Below, in pieces: positions 1 to 8,089 of a DNA stretch of 64,000 nt. The notes under the pieces are model-generated. The model was given only the letters and a program-made list of their open reading frames with translations. It did no database searches and was not told the origin of the DNA. Position 1 is the stretch's first letter; each line of letters opens with the position of its first letter. This stretch comes from Spirochaetales bacterium (GTDB lineage Bacteria; Spirochaetota; GWE2-31-10). The stretch spans positions 14,359-78,358 of the forward strand of contig JAGANG010000010.1 in NCBI GenBank assembly GCA_017624275.1, given 5' to 3'. Both the position numbers and the translations under genes were made by a program.

Positions 1-352
1 CAAAAACTCTAAATACTTCAACGCCGTTTTTTACGGCTGTTTCTACAAATTTTTCTACAACATCATCAGCGTAATGTCTGTATCCGAGTAAGTTTTGACC
101 GCGTAAAAGCATTTGCATTTTAGTATTAGGCATTGCTTTTTTTAAGTTGCGAATTCTTTCCCATGGGTCTTCATTTAAAAATCGAATACAAGAATCAAAC
201 GTAGCACCGCCCCAAGTTTCGAGAGACCAGTAACCTACTTTGTCCATTTTTTCTGCTATTTTAAGCATATCTGAAGTCAGCATTCTGGTAGCGAGCAAAG
301 ACTGATGTCCGTCACGTAATGCAACATCTGTAACAGCTATTTTTTTTGCCAT
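1..352 (-). CDS. oadA: Oxaloacetate decarboxylase alpha chain / pyruvate carboxylase subunit B-type carboxyltransferase, 5' part only (gene continues beyond window start)
   Basis: Manual minus-strand translation from ATG at 352: [24 protein letters not shown]...[28 protein letters not shown]...[13 protein letters not shown], the HMGL-like carboxyltransferase signature. Absent from the ORF track because it is truncated by the window edge. Confidence 0.8.
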   Translation of the reverse strand, partial: MAKKIAVTDVALRDGHQSLLATRMLTSDMLKIAEKMDKVGYWSLETWGGATFDSCIRFLNEDPWERIRNLKKAMPNTKMQMLLRGQNLLGYRHYADDVVEKFVETAVKNGVEVFRVF

Positions 353-382
353 TTTTTTCTCCTGAAAATAGAATTTATTTTG

Positions 383-616
383 TTAATCTTTTTTTCTGTA
401 ATTATTTACTGCTGCGGTAATTGCAGCAACCGGAACTTCTTTTTTCTTTGATACCGGTGCAGGTTTTGCCGGTTCATTTTTATCTAACCCCAAAAGTTTT
501 ATTACTTTACTTGAAAGGTTGATTGCCCAAATCAGAATGGTAAGAAATATAAATACGATAGCCATTCCGAAAATCATAACCCAGGCCGCTTGACCTAAAA
601 GTTCTGTTGTTGTCAT
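383..616 (-). CDS. oadG: Sodium-pump decarboxylase gamma subunit (OadG family), single-TM small protein
   Basis: 77 aa with one hydrophobic helix (VMIFGMAIVFIFLTILIWAI) and a Lys/Pro/Ala tail. Lies immediately upstream of oadA on the same strand. Confidence 0.6.
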   Translation of the reverse strand: MTTTELLGQAAWVMIFGMAIVFIFLTILIWAINLSSKVIKLLGLDKNEPAKPAPVSKKKEVPVAAITAAVNNYRKKD

Positions 617-703
617 AAGTAACTCCTTTGCTTCTATTTATAAAAAATAACACATTGCGGTTATATTTTATTCTTATGTACTTTAGTTTTTGTAAAATTG
701 AAA

Positions 704-1465
704 TTAAAAAATGATTCTTACATCTCCCGTTACAATTTTACTTGTTTTTACTCCGTCGTTTAAATACAAAAAACCGTCGTCATCTATATTTTCAATAATT
801 CCCGAAATTGTAGAGCTTCCTTTATATATTTCGGAAATCTCAGCTTTCTCGCCGATAAGCTTTGTTTTGGCCAACCAAAGTTGTTTTATTTGTGAAATAT
901 TTCCGTTTTCCGGCAACCTTAAACAGTCTACAATATTTTCTAGTAAGCTGTTTGTAAAAAGTTCCGGATTTATCTCCTTGCCTGTTTGTATAAAGAAAGA
1001 TGTTGCCGTTTTATCCGGAATTGAAGTTTTTAATTCGTCTGTAGTGGAATTTAAATTTATTCCTATTCCGGCAATACATTTATCAATTTTATTATTTTTC
1101 CAGGTTGATTCCGTAAGGATTCCGGCAAGTTTGCATTGTCCGACAAAAATATCATTAGGCCATTTTATCCAAGCTCCGGTAAGTCCGTTTTTTTCTAATG
1201 TATTTATTGCGGCTACGGCTAATGCTGCCGTAATCCAAACAGGTGAACATGAAAGGCTGCGAAGTCCGATTGATAAAGCTAAATTTTTATTTGGAATGGT
1301 TACCCAATTTCTGTCCAATCTGCCTCGTCCGGCAGTTTGATTGAATGTATAAACAGCTGCGTGGTTTACGAAATCTTGTTGCATAAGCAAGGAGTTTGTA
1401 GAAGTTGCAGTTGTTTTGTATTCAATGGACGTAAAAAAACTTTCAATCGAGACTTTTTCTTTCAT
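704..1465 (-). CDS. birA: Biotin--[acetyl-CoA-carboxylase] ligase, group I (no N-terminal HTH)
   Basis: GRGRLDRNW motif (GRGRxxRxW biotin-AMP loop) and KWPNDI. 253 aa. Adjacent to biotin-dependent decarboxylase genes. Confidence 0.85.
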   Translation of the reverse strand: MKEKVSIESFFTSIEYKTTATSTNSLLMQQDFVNHAAVYTFNQTAGRGRLDRNWVTIPNKNLALSIGLRSLSCSPVWITAALAVAAINTLEKNGLTGAWIKWPNDIFVGQCKLAGILTESTWKNNKIDKCIAGIGINLNSTTDELKTSIPDKTATSFFIQTGKEINPELFTNSLLENIVDCLRLPENGNISQIKQLWLAKTKLIGEKAEISEIYKGSSTISGIIENIDDDGFLYLNDGVKTSKIVTGDVRIIF

Positions 1466-1489
1466 TCGATATAATCCGTTTTTACAGTA

Positions 1490-2077
1490 TCAGAGTTTTA
1501 AAGTTTGTATCAAGTTTTTCATCGCAACGGCGGCTTTCCCACGATGTGATATCGCATTTTTCTCATCTGCACTTATTTCCGCCATACCTTTTCCGTAAAC
1601 CGGAGTGAAGAAAATCGGGTCGTATCCGAAGCCGCCGTTTCCTACGGGAGCTTCAAGCAATGTGCCGCAACAATCTTCTTGTACGATGTAAAATCTTGTA
1701 GGAGAAACATAAAGCACCAAGGCACAGACATAAGCTGCGTTTCTGTTTGTTTCACCTTTCATTTCTTTCAACATTAATTCGTAACGTTCGATATCATTCA
1801 ATCCGGCTCCGCCGTAACGTGCAGTGTGAATACCCGGTTTGCCGCCCCAAGCTTCTACGCATAATCCGGAGTCATCTGCCAAAACAGGCAATCCGGTTGC
1901 TTCATATACGGCTTTGCATTTGATTAATGCATTTTCTATGAATGAATTTCCGTCTTCGATAATTTCCTTGTCAAAGTTGATTGAAGTCAAATCTTTAAGT
2001 GCTATAGAGTTTCCGAATATTTCTGATAATTCTCTTGTTTTATGTTGGTTTTTTGTGGCGAGTATAATAGTTTGCAT
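1490..2077 (-). CDS. rdgB: dITP/XTP pyrophosphatase (RdgB/HAM1 family)
   Basis: ATKNQHKTRE, DDSGLCVEAWGGKPGIHTARY, FGYDPIF and SHRGKA motifs typical of the Ham1 family. Confidence 0.9.
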   Translation of the reverse strand: MQTIILATKNQHKTRELSEIFGNSIALKDLTSINFDKEIIEDGNSFIENALIKCKAVYEATGLPVLADDSGLCVEAWGGKPGIHTARYGGAGLNDIERYELMLKEMKGETNRNAAYVCALVLYVSPTRFYIVQEDCCGTLLEAPVGNGGFGYDPIFFTPVYGKGMAEISADEKNAISHRGKAAVAMKNLIQTLKL

Positions 2078-2415
2078 TTTTTCCTCGGTATTTTTGATGT
2101 TAAATAAAAAAATTAAGACTTAAAACAGAGTTAAATTTTTATATTAAAAGTACTGTTTTAAGTATATTTTTGTATTGTAGATTAATTTAGAGATATAGAA
2201 CTTTTTTTGCTTAAATACAATTAATTAATTTGGCTAAAAGGAGAACGAACGTGATTTTTTTTTAAGTTGAAGGTGGTAAAAAATTAAGAATATAAATAAA
2301 AGTTTATATGATTTTTAAAAAAAGGTTTATAAAGAGCTTGAAATATGAAAGAAAAAGACTATATATAAACGGTTTAATATGCGAGTAGAGATTTAAAATC
2401 TAAGGAGCGTTAGTT

Positions 2416-2820
2416 ATGGATTTATCAAAACTGACTAATAAAGTTGCTGCTGTAATTATTTCAGAAGGCAAAATGTTGATACTTCAAGGGAAAGACGGAA
2501 AATGGGAATTCCCGAATGTGATTCTCGGTGAAGACGAAAAGGTTGATAATGCAATAATAAATTTATCTAAGAATAAATTAAATGTAGATGTTGTTCCTGC
2601 TGCTGAAATCGGGAGTATAGAAAAAAGTACCGGTGATGCTATCGAAATCGTAATGTTTATTCATGTAAATACCGGCAATCCGGGCGGTGTTGCGGTTTCT
2701 GGAGATTATACTGCATCCAATTATGTTTCTTTTGCTGAGTTCGAAAAATTAGACTTGGCTGAGAATGAAAAGAAGTTTTTGGAAGTATGTGTTGATGATT
2801 TGAAAAAACATTTAGGATAA
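2416..2820 (+). CDS. MutT/Nudix-fold-like protein with a degenerate Nudix box
   Basis: AGGAG RBS upstream. VAAVII...GKWEFPNVILGEDEKVDNAIINLSKNKLNV aligns with the MutT GxWEFPGGKxExGE...REhxEE region, but the RE..EE residues read IN..KN. Confidence 0.5.
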   Translation: MDLSKLTNKVAAVIISEGKMLILQGKDGKWEFPNVILGEDEKVDNAIINLSKNKLNVDVVPAAEIGSIEKSTGDAIEIVMFIHVNTGNPGGVAVSGDYTASNYVSFAEFEKLDLAENEKKFLEVCVDDLKKHLG

Positions 2821-2853
2821 TGTTTTTTATAAATTAGATTATAGGGGAAAACT

Positions 2854-3243
2854 GTGAGTGACAGAGCTGATGGAAAATGGAATGTTTTGGTCGTTGATGA
2901 CAGTGCATTCCAGGTAAAACAAATTACTAAAATTTTAGAAACACAAAATTTTAAAGTAATCGGTGTTGCTGCTGACGGAGCAGAGGGCGTGGCTCGTTTT
3001 CAAGAGCTTGGCGATGAAATAGATTTGGTAACTTTAGATATTACTATGCCGGGAATGGACGGTATTTCTTGCCTTAAAGAGATTATGAAAATTAATCCTA
3101 AAGCTAATGTTGTTATGATGAGTGCTTTGGGAAAAGAGGATTTGGTAAAACAATCATTATTAATCGGAGCTAAAGGATTTATCGTAAAGCCTTTGGATAC
3201 CGATAAGGTTAGTAAGGTGTTGCAGTCTGTTTTAAAAAAATAA
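2854..3243 (+). CDS. CheY-like single-domain response regulator (GTG start)
   Basis: VLVVDDS, phospho-acceptor context LVTLDITMPGMDG, SALG and FIVKPL. 129 aa receiver domain only. Confidence 0.85.
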   Translation: MSDRADGKWNVLVVDDSAFQVKQITKILETQNFKVIGVAADGAEGVARFQELGDEIDLVTLDITMPGMDGISCLKEIMKINPKANVVMMSALGKEDLVKQSLLIGAKGFIVKPLDTDKVSKVLQSVLKK

Positions 3244-3258
3244 TTAGGATTGTGTTTA

Positions 3259-4944
3259 ATGATAGATTTCAGATCACAGCTAAAAGACCGACAGAAAATT
3301 TTATTATATTCAATTTTGGGTGTGATTTGGTCTTTATCTAATATAGGTTATATAAAGTTTTTCGGAAGTGCTTTTGCATGGTTTACTTTAGCACCAGCAA
3401 TCTTTTTCTTAAAAAATGAAAAAAACTATGATGGGGTCAAGTATTCAACAATATTCGGATTTGTTGCTTATTTGACTCATTTTTGGTGGTTGGTAGTTCC
3501 GGTAACCGGAATGTCTAAAACTTTTGGACTTCCGGATTGGATTACGCCGCTTTCAATTTTACTTGGTCTAGTCATATTCTTAGGTCTTTCTTTTTTTTCC
3601 GGACTTAATTACACGCTTTGTTATGTTGTTTCAAAATTCGTAGGTAAAAATAAATCGTTTTTGTTTTATTTTTGTTTTGCAATATCCGGAACTGTTTTTG
3701 ATTATTTTTATCCTAAATTGTGGGCAGATTATTTAGGTTATTCTCAATATCAAATGGTAAACATCATTCAGTCGGTGGATTTGTTCGGTATAAGTTATGT
3801 GACTTTTTTGATAATGCTCGTAAATACCGGATTAGCTTATCTTTTTGAAACGTTATTACAATATTTTCAAACAGAAGATTCATCAAAACGAGTTTTTAAT
3901 AAAAATTCATTTAAATATTGTATCGGAGTTTTTTTATTGGTGGTAATTACCGCTGTTTACGGAGGAATCCGATACGATTTTATAAACAGTAAAATGAAAG
4001 CCGCAAAAAAAGTTTCGATAGGTATAGTACAGGGAAATATTTCCGGTGCCGAGAAAAAACGAAAAAACTCTTCGGAGATGATTGGAATTTACAGTAATCT
4101 TTCTTCAGAATTGTTAGTAGAACATCCTAAATTAATAGTATGGCCGGAATCAGCTGTTTCAATTTGGTTTGATGAAGAACAAAATGATTTTTCTCGTGTA
4201 AGAAGACGTTATTCAGGAAACAGTTTGCTGCTGTTTGGCGGGCATGCTCGGCGGAATAACGGCCTGGGAGTTTCGAGTGATATTTTTAACAGTTTGTTCC
4301 TTGTTGATTCTAACGGAGAGAAAATCGATTCATATTATAAAAATAAACTTTTACCGTTTATCGAACGAGCTCCGGCACGTTTCCTTTCTTTTGTGATATC
4401 AATGATGGGGCTAAAAGAGTTTTCGCCGGGAGAGGGACCGGTTTTTATAAAACATGACGGTTTAAAAATGGCTGTTAATATTTGTTACGAAGCATTGATA
4501 CCTGAATATATTCGAAAATCTATTTTTGACAAGAACGGAGAATGTGCAAATGTCATTGTAAATTGTACAAATGATTCGTGGTTCGGAAAAACAATAGAGC
4601 CGGAAATGCATTTACGAATTTCAACTATTCGTGCAATAGAAAATCGTCGTTGTTTGGTACGAGCAACTTGTACCGGATATTCGGTATTTGTAGATGCCAA
4701 CGGAGTTATTGACTATCGGTCACACTTATATAAACCGGAAGCTCATGTTGAAAAAGTTCCGTTGCTGGAAATTAAATCTTTTTATACATCTCACGGCTGG
4801 ATATTCATTTATTTATTGGGACTTATATTTGCATTTTGTTTTTCAATTGTTGCACTTTACAGATTGTATGTTTATCTAAGAATTACAAGACGTGAAAAAT
4901 ATAACGACTATATTAAACGTCGCCACGATATTTGGATGCGATAG
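3259..4944 (+). CDS. lnt: Apolipoprotein N-acyltransferase
   Basis: Multi-TM N-terminus plus a CN-hydrolase domain with VWPESA (Glu), YYKNKLLPF (Lys) and VNICYE (Cys). ATG 3259 follows AGGA at 3246-3249; the track starts at an upstream TTG (3250). Confidence 0.85.
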   Translation: MIDFRSQLKDRQKILLYSILGVIWSLSNIGYIKFFGSAFAWFTLAPAIFFLKNEKNYDGVKYSTIFGFVAYLTHFWWLVVPVTGMSKTFGLPDWITPLSILLGLVIFLGLSFFSGLNYTLCYVVSKFVGKNKSFLFYFCFAISGTVFDYFYPKLWADYLGYSQYQMVNIIQSVDLFGISYVTFLIMLVNTGLAYLFETLLQYFQTEDSSKRVFNKNSFKYCIGVFLLVVITAVYGGIRYDFINSKMKAAKKVSIGIVQGNISGAEKKRKNSSEMIGIYSNLSSELLVEHPKLIVWPESAVSIWFDEEQNDFSRVRRRYSGNSLLLFGGHARRNNGLGVSSDIFNSLFLVDSNGEKIDSYYKNKLLPFIERAPARFLSFVISMMGLKEFSPGEGPVFIKHDGLKMAVNICYEALIPEYIRKSIFDKNGECANVIVNCTNDSWFGKTIEPEMHLRISTIRAIENRRCLVRATCTGYSVFVDANGVIDYRSHLYKPEAHVEKVPLLEIKSFYTSHGWIFIYLLGLIFAFCFSIVALYRLYVYLRITRREKYNDYIKRRHDIWMR

Positions 4945-4989
4945 AGAAATCTTTTATAAAGAAAAAAACGCCGAATATTAGAAATAGAC

Positions 4990-5018
4990 TTGTTATCAAA
5001 ATATTTTTTTGCTATAAG
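4990..5018 (+). promoter_or_regulatory. Candidate sigma70-type promoter of fabH (TTGTTA-N17-TATAAG)
   Basis: TTGTTA at 4990-4995, 17-nt spacer, TATAAG at 5013-5018, about 50 nt upstream of the fabH ATG. Confidence 0.4.
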
Positions 5019-5066
5019 AGTGCCATCGTAAAAATGACCGACTGGTCATATTTTTGGAGAAAAATT

Positions 5067-6044
5067 ATGATTAAAATATTAGGAACAGGTAGTTACGTTC
5101 CGGAAAAAGTATTGACAAATTTTGACTTAGAAAAAACATTAGACACATCTAACGAATGGATAATTAAACGTACAGGTATAAAAGAAAGACGTATTGCTGC
5201 TCCGGAAGAATCAACAGTTTCTTTTAGTGTTAATGCAGCTAAAAAAGCTCTTGCAGCAGCGGGAGTATCTGCGGAAGATGTAGATTTATTGATATTAACA
5301 ACATCTACGGCAGATTATCAAATATCTTCAAGTGCACCTATAATTGCAAATGAATTAGGATGCAGAAAAATCCCGGCATTCGATTTGAATGCGGTTTGTG
5401 CTGGTTTTGTTTACGGATTTGGCGTAGCAACCGGTTTTTTAGAATCCGGAATGTATAAAAATTGCCTTTTGATAGGTGCAGATACTTACTCTCGAATTTT
5501 GAATTGGAAAAACAGAAATAGTTGTATTTTGTTCGGCGATGGAGCCGGGGCTGTTTTTATGAAGAAAGAAGAGGGCGCATCCAATATATTATCGTATGAT
5601 TATTGCAGTGACGGCAGAGGGTCTGCTCATATAAGAATTCCTGCCGGCGGAAGTAAAATTCCGTATCATTCATCAGAAAATATTGCGGAAGATGATTTAT
5701 ATTTTCAAATGGACGGTAAAAAAGTTTATGAGTTTACCATTAAAGAAATTCCGGCGTGTGTAGAACGTCTTTTGGAAAAAGCGAATATTTCATCAGCAGA
5801 TTTAGACGCAGTTGTCTTTCATCAAGCAAATATTCGTATTATCGATACTGTTGCAAAAGATTGTGAAATTCCTATAGAAAAGTTTTTTATCAATATTCAA
5901 AAGTATGGAAATACATCAAGTGCGTCTGTACCGTTGGCTTTAGACGAGGCTGTAAGGGAAGGAAAGATAAAAAGCGGTGATAAAATTTTAATGCTCGGCT
6001 TCGGCGGCGGACTTAGTTGGGGCGGAATAATTTTGGAGTGGTAA
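5067..6044 (+). CDS. fabH: 3-oxoacyl-[ACP] synthase III
   Basis: Catalytic triad contexts LNAVCAGF (Cys), VFHQANIRI (His) and YGNTSSAS (Asn). ATG 5067 is preceded by GGAGA (5056-5060). The track's 4932 start adds an implausible 45-aa extension overlapping lnt. Confidence 0.9.
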   Translation: MIKILGTGSYVPEKVLTNFDLEKTLDTSNEWIIKRTGIKERRIAAPEESTVSFSVNAAKKALAAAGVSAEDVDLLILTTSTADYQISSSAPIIANELGCRKIPAFDLNAVCAGFVYGFGVATGFLESGMYKNCLLIGADTYSRILNWKNRNSCILFGDGAGAVFMKKEEGASNILSYDYCSDGRGSAHIRIPAGGSKIPYHSSENIAEDDLYFQMDGKKVYEFTIKEIPACVERLLEKANISSADLDAVVFHQANIRIIDTVAKDCEIPIEKFFINIQKYGNTSSASVPLALDEAVREGKIKSGDKILMLGFGGGLSWGGIILEW

Positions 6045-6073
6045 TAAATATAAAATAAGTTATAATACTTTAC

Positions 6074-8089
6074 ATGAAGAAGTTTAATTTACGTATTTGT
6101 ATTTTGTTGTGTATTTTTTCACTGACAATAATTCCGGTTTTATTGATTAATGTTTTTTATGTTTTTAATGTAGTACAAAATGTAAAAAAGCAAAGCCAAG
6201 TTTTTTATTCAGACTTAGTAAACCAATTTGCTGTAAATATTGATTTTTACTACAGTCAATATGCAGAAGAGTTCGGAAATATTTCAATACTTCCCAGCTT
6301 TCAAGAGATTTTGAATCGACCTAAAGATTTATCTGCGGTTAATGAAAAAGTCTTTTTGTATTATTCTGATACCAGTACGGAATTTCGTCAAAGTGTAGAT
6401 GCTAAAAAATTCGGAGATTTTTTTATTGTCGAGTTCGATAGAAAAAATCCGACAAATAATATGCCGTATAACTTAATAGATTTTTCTGAAAATTTAGCTG
6501 TTAATATCGATGTTGATAAAATGGTTACCGAACCGTCTTTTAAATTGATGAATGCTGAATCGGAAGGTAAACCTATATTATGTGAATCCGGAATCTTAAA
6601 AAAAAGTTCGTCTGAAGAGTATTCGGATAGAACTTTTTTCTTTTATCCCTATAAGAAAAACAGCAAAAATGAACTTAAATACTTAATGGGTGTAATGTGT
6701 AATGAGGATTTCTTCTATAATAATATTTATAAAAACAATTCAGGAATAGAGCGTGGAACTCTTTATTTACATGACCAATTCGGCGAGTTGTTGAATGTTA
6801 ATCATCCAAGTGAAAATGATTATTATAAATACGACCATTTAGTGGGAAAATATCAATACGGTGATACTGTTCACGAAAATACAAAGTCACAAAAAAGAAT
6901 GACTTTAAAAGAATATCAATTATTAAATACGGATCAAGAAATCCTTCAGGCTCCTCAATTTTTACATCAACGTGAAGTTTTTGATAATGAAGGTTGGAGT
7001 TCACCTAATTGTTCTGTAGTTTTGCATAAGCAACAAAAATTTTTATCAATTTTTATGCGTGCTCCGTTATCTCAAATTGAAATTTCATTTTTTTATCCGT
7101 TAGTGCTTGTTTATATGCCGGTTGTCGGAATTGTTATAGGTAATCTAATTTTGATGGCATTACTGTTAATCGTTGTAAGTTTGATTATCATAAAAGTGAC
7201 AGACCGATTGATGTTACCTATAACTCAATTGATAAGCGTTCAAAAAGAAGTAGAACACGGAAATTATGATGTAAAACTGAACGAAGAAATGTTTTATGGA
7301 GAATTTGCTGATATAGGGAAAAATTTTAATGCGATAGTTTCAAAAAATGTAAAAGAGCGTGCCGATGCCAATATGTTTTTAGAGGAACAACAAACGCAAA
7401 TATTAAGCAATTCAAAGAATCTGGAAGCTGCTGCTAAAAAGGTAAAAGATAAACATTCTATGATGGAAGTGAATTTACTGGAGATTTTACCTAAAAAAGA
7501 AGTGGAAAAAATGCTTTCTGATGAAAAAATTGAGCCTGTAGTATACGAAAATATCAGTTTATTATTTTTTGAGATAAAAGAACTTTTCGGTGTAATTTCA
7601 AGTGCGACATCATCGGAACAATTAGCGGAATTGAATAATATTTTTATTCAATTTGATGAAATAATGAATAAGTACGGCTGTTATAAAATTCGAACTCAGG
7701 GACAAACATATTTAGCTGCTTGCGGTTTTCCATTGGAAGACAGTTGGAATGTTCAGCATATAACGGCAGCAGCGACAGAATGTGTCAAATTAATAGAAAA
7801 AAGAAATGCCGGCAATGAGAAGCAAATAAAATTCAGAGCCGGAATATATTTCGGTTCGATAACTGTAGGTGTTATAGGGACTAAAAAATATACTTATGAC
7901 ATTTTAGGTAATACAGTTACTGATGCATATAATTTCTTAGAGCAAACGCCGCTTGGTAAATTGAGTGCTTCTTCTGATATTTATCAAGCTTTACAAAATA
8001 ACAAGTTTTGGAAATTTGAGCGGTTTAAAGAAGTAATATTAAAAAACGGAAAGATTGAAGAGATGTTTCTTTTTTGCGGAGAAAAATAA
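6074..8089 (+). CDS. Membrane sensor protein: TM, ~300-aa extracytoplasmic domain, TM, HAMP-like linker, coiled coil, class III nucleotidyl cyclase homology domain with non-canonical catalytic residues
   Basis: Two hydrophobic helices flank a large outside domain. C-terminus aligns to the adenylate/guanylate cyclase fold (LLFFEIKELFG, KIRTQGQTYLAACGFP, RAGIYFGSITVGVIG, YDILGNTVTDAYNFLEQ). Confidence 0.75.
   Translation: MKKFNLRICILLCIFSLTIIPVLLINVFYVFNVVQNVKKQSQVFYSDLVNQFAVNIDFYYSQYAEEFGNISILPSFQEILNRPKDLSAVNEKVFLYYSDTSTEFRQSVDAKKFGDFFIVEFDRKNPTNNMPYNLIDFSENLAVNIDVDKMVTEPSFKLMNAESEGKPILCESGILKKSSSEEYSDRTFFFYPYKKNSKNELKYLMGVMCNEDFFYNNIYKNNSGIERGTLYLHDQFGELLNVNHPSENDYYKYDHLVGKYQYGDTVHENTKSQKRMTLKEYQLLNTDQEILQAPQFLHQREVFDNEGWSSPNCSVVLHKQQKFLSIFMRAPLSQIEISFFYPLVLVYMPVVGIVIGNLILMALLLIVVSLIIIKVTDRLMLPITQLISVQKEVEHGNYDVKLNEEMFYGEFADIGKNFNAIVSKNVKERADANMFLEEQQTQILSNSKNLEAAAKKVKDKHSMMEVNLLEILPKKEVEKMLSDEKIEPVVYENISLLFFEIKELFGVISSATSSEQLAELNNIFIQFDEIMNKYGCYKIRTQGQTYLAACGFPLEDSWNVQHITAAATECVKLIEKRNAGNEKQIKFRAGIYFGSITVGVIGTKKYTYDILGNTVTDAYNFLEQTPLGKLSASSDIYQALQNNKFWKFERFKEVILKNGKIEEMFLFCGEK

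Noticed and set aside
711-1340. Long antisense or shadow ORFs inside well-supported genes. Examples: 711..1340(+), 1839..2123(+), 17722..18063(-), 23931..24269(-), 30201..30575(-), 34242..34622(-), 35813..36247(+), 42676..43050(+), 50078..50452(+), 54421..54789(-), 57481..57855(+).
   Set aside because: Each lies entirely within, and opposite or out of frame to, a CDS with clear conserved motifs. Their products are low-complexity or hydrophobic nonsense typical of AT-rich shadow frames, and they have no RBS.
2118-2163. 11-bp inverted repeat ACTTAAAACAG...CTGTTTTAAGT (24-nt spacer) in the rdgB/Nudix-like divergent region.
   Set aside because: It is real in the sequence, but the region is extremely AT-rich, where such repeats arise easily. 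There is no T-run for a terminator and no second copy, so there is not enough evidence to call a regulatory site.
4932-5066. N-terminal extensions offered by the ORF track: fabH 4932, SdpI-like 28427, HD-GYP 28727, CAP 43555, lipoprotein 40842, amylase 59556, polA 53512, DUF3793 47243, mutS 63920.
   Set aside because: Internal starts have proper RBS spacing and give canonical N-termini or signal peptides. The extensions overlap upstream genes or lack an RBS.
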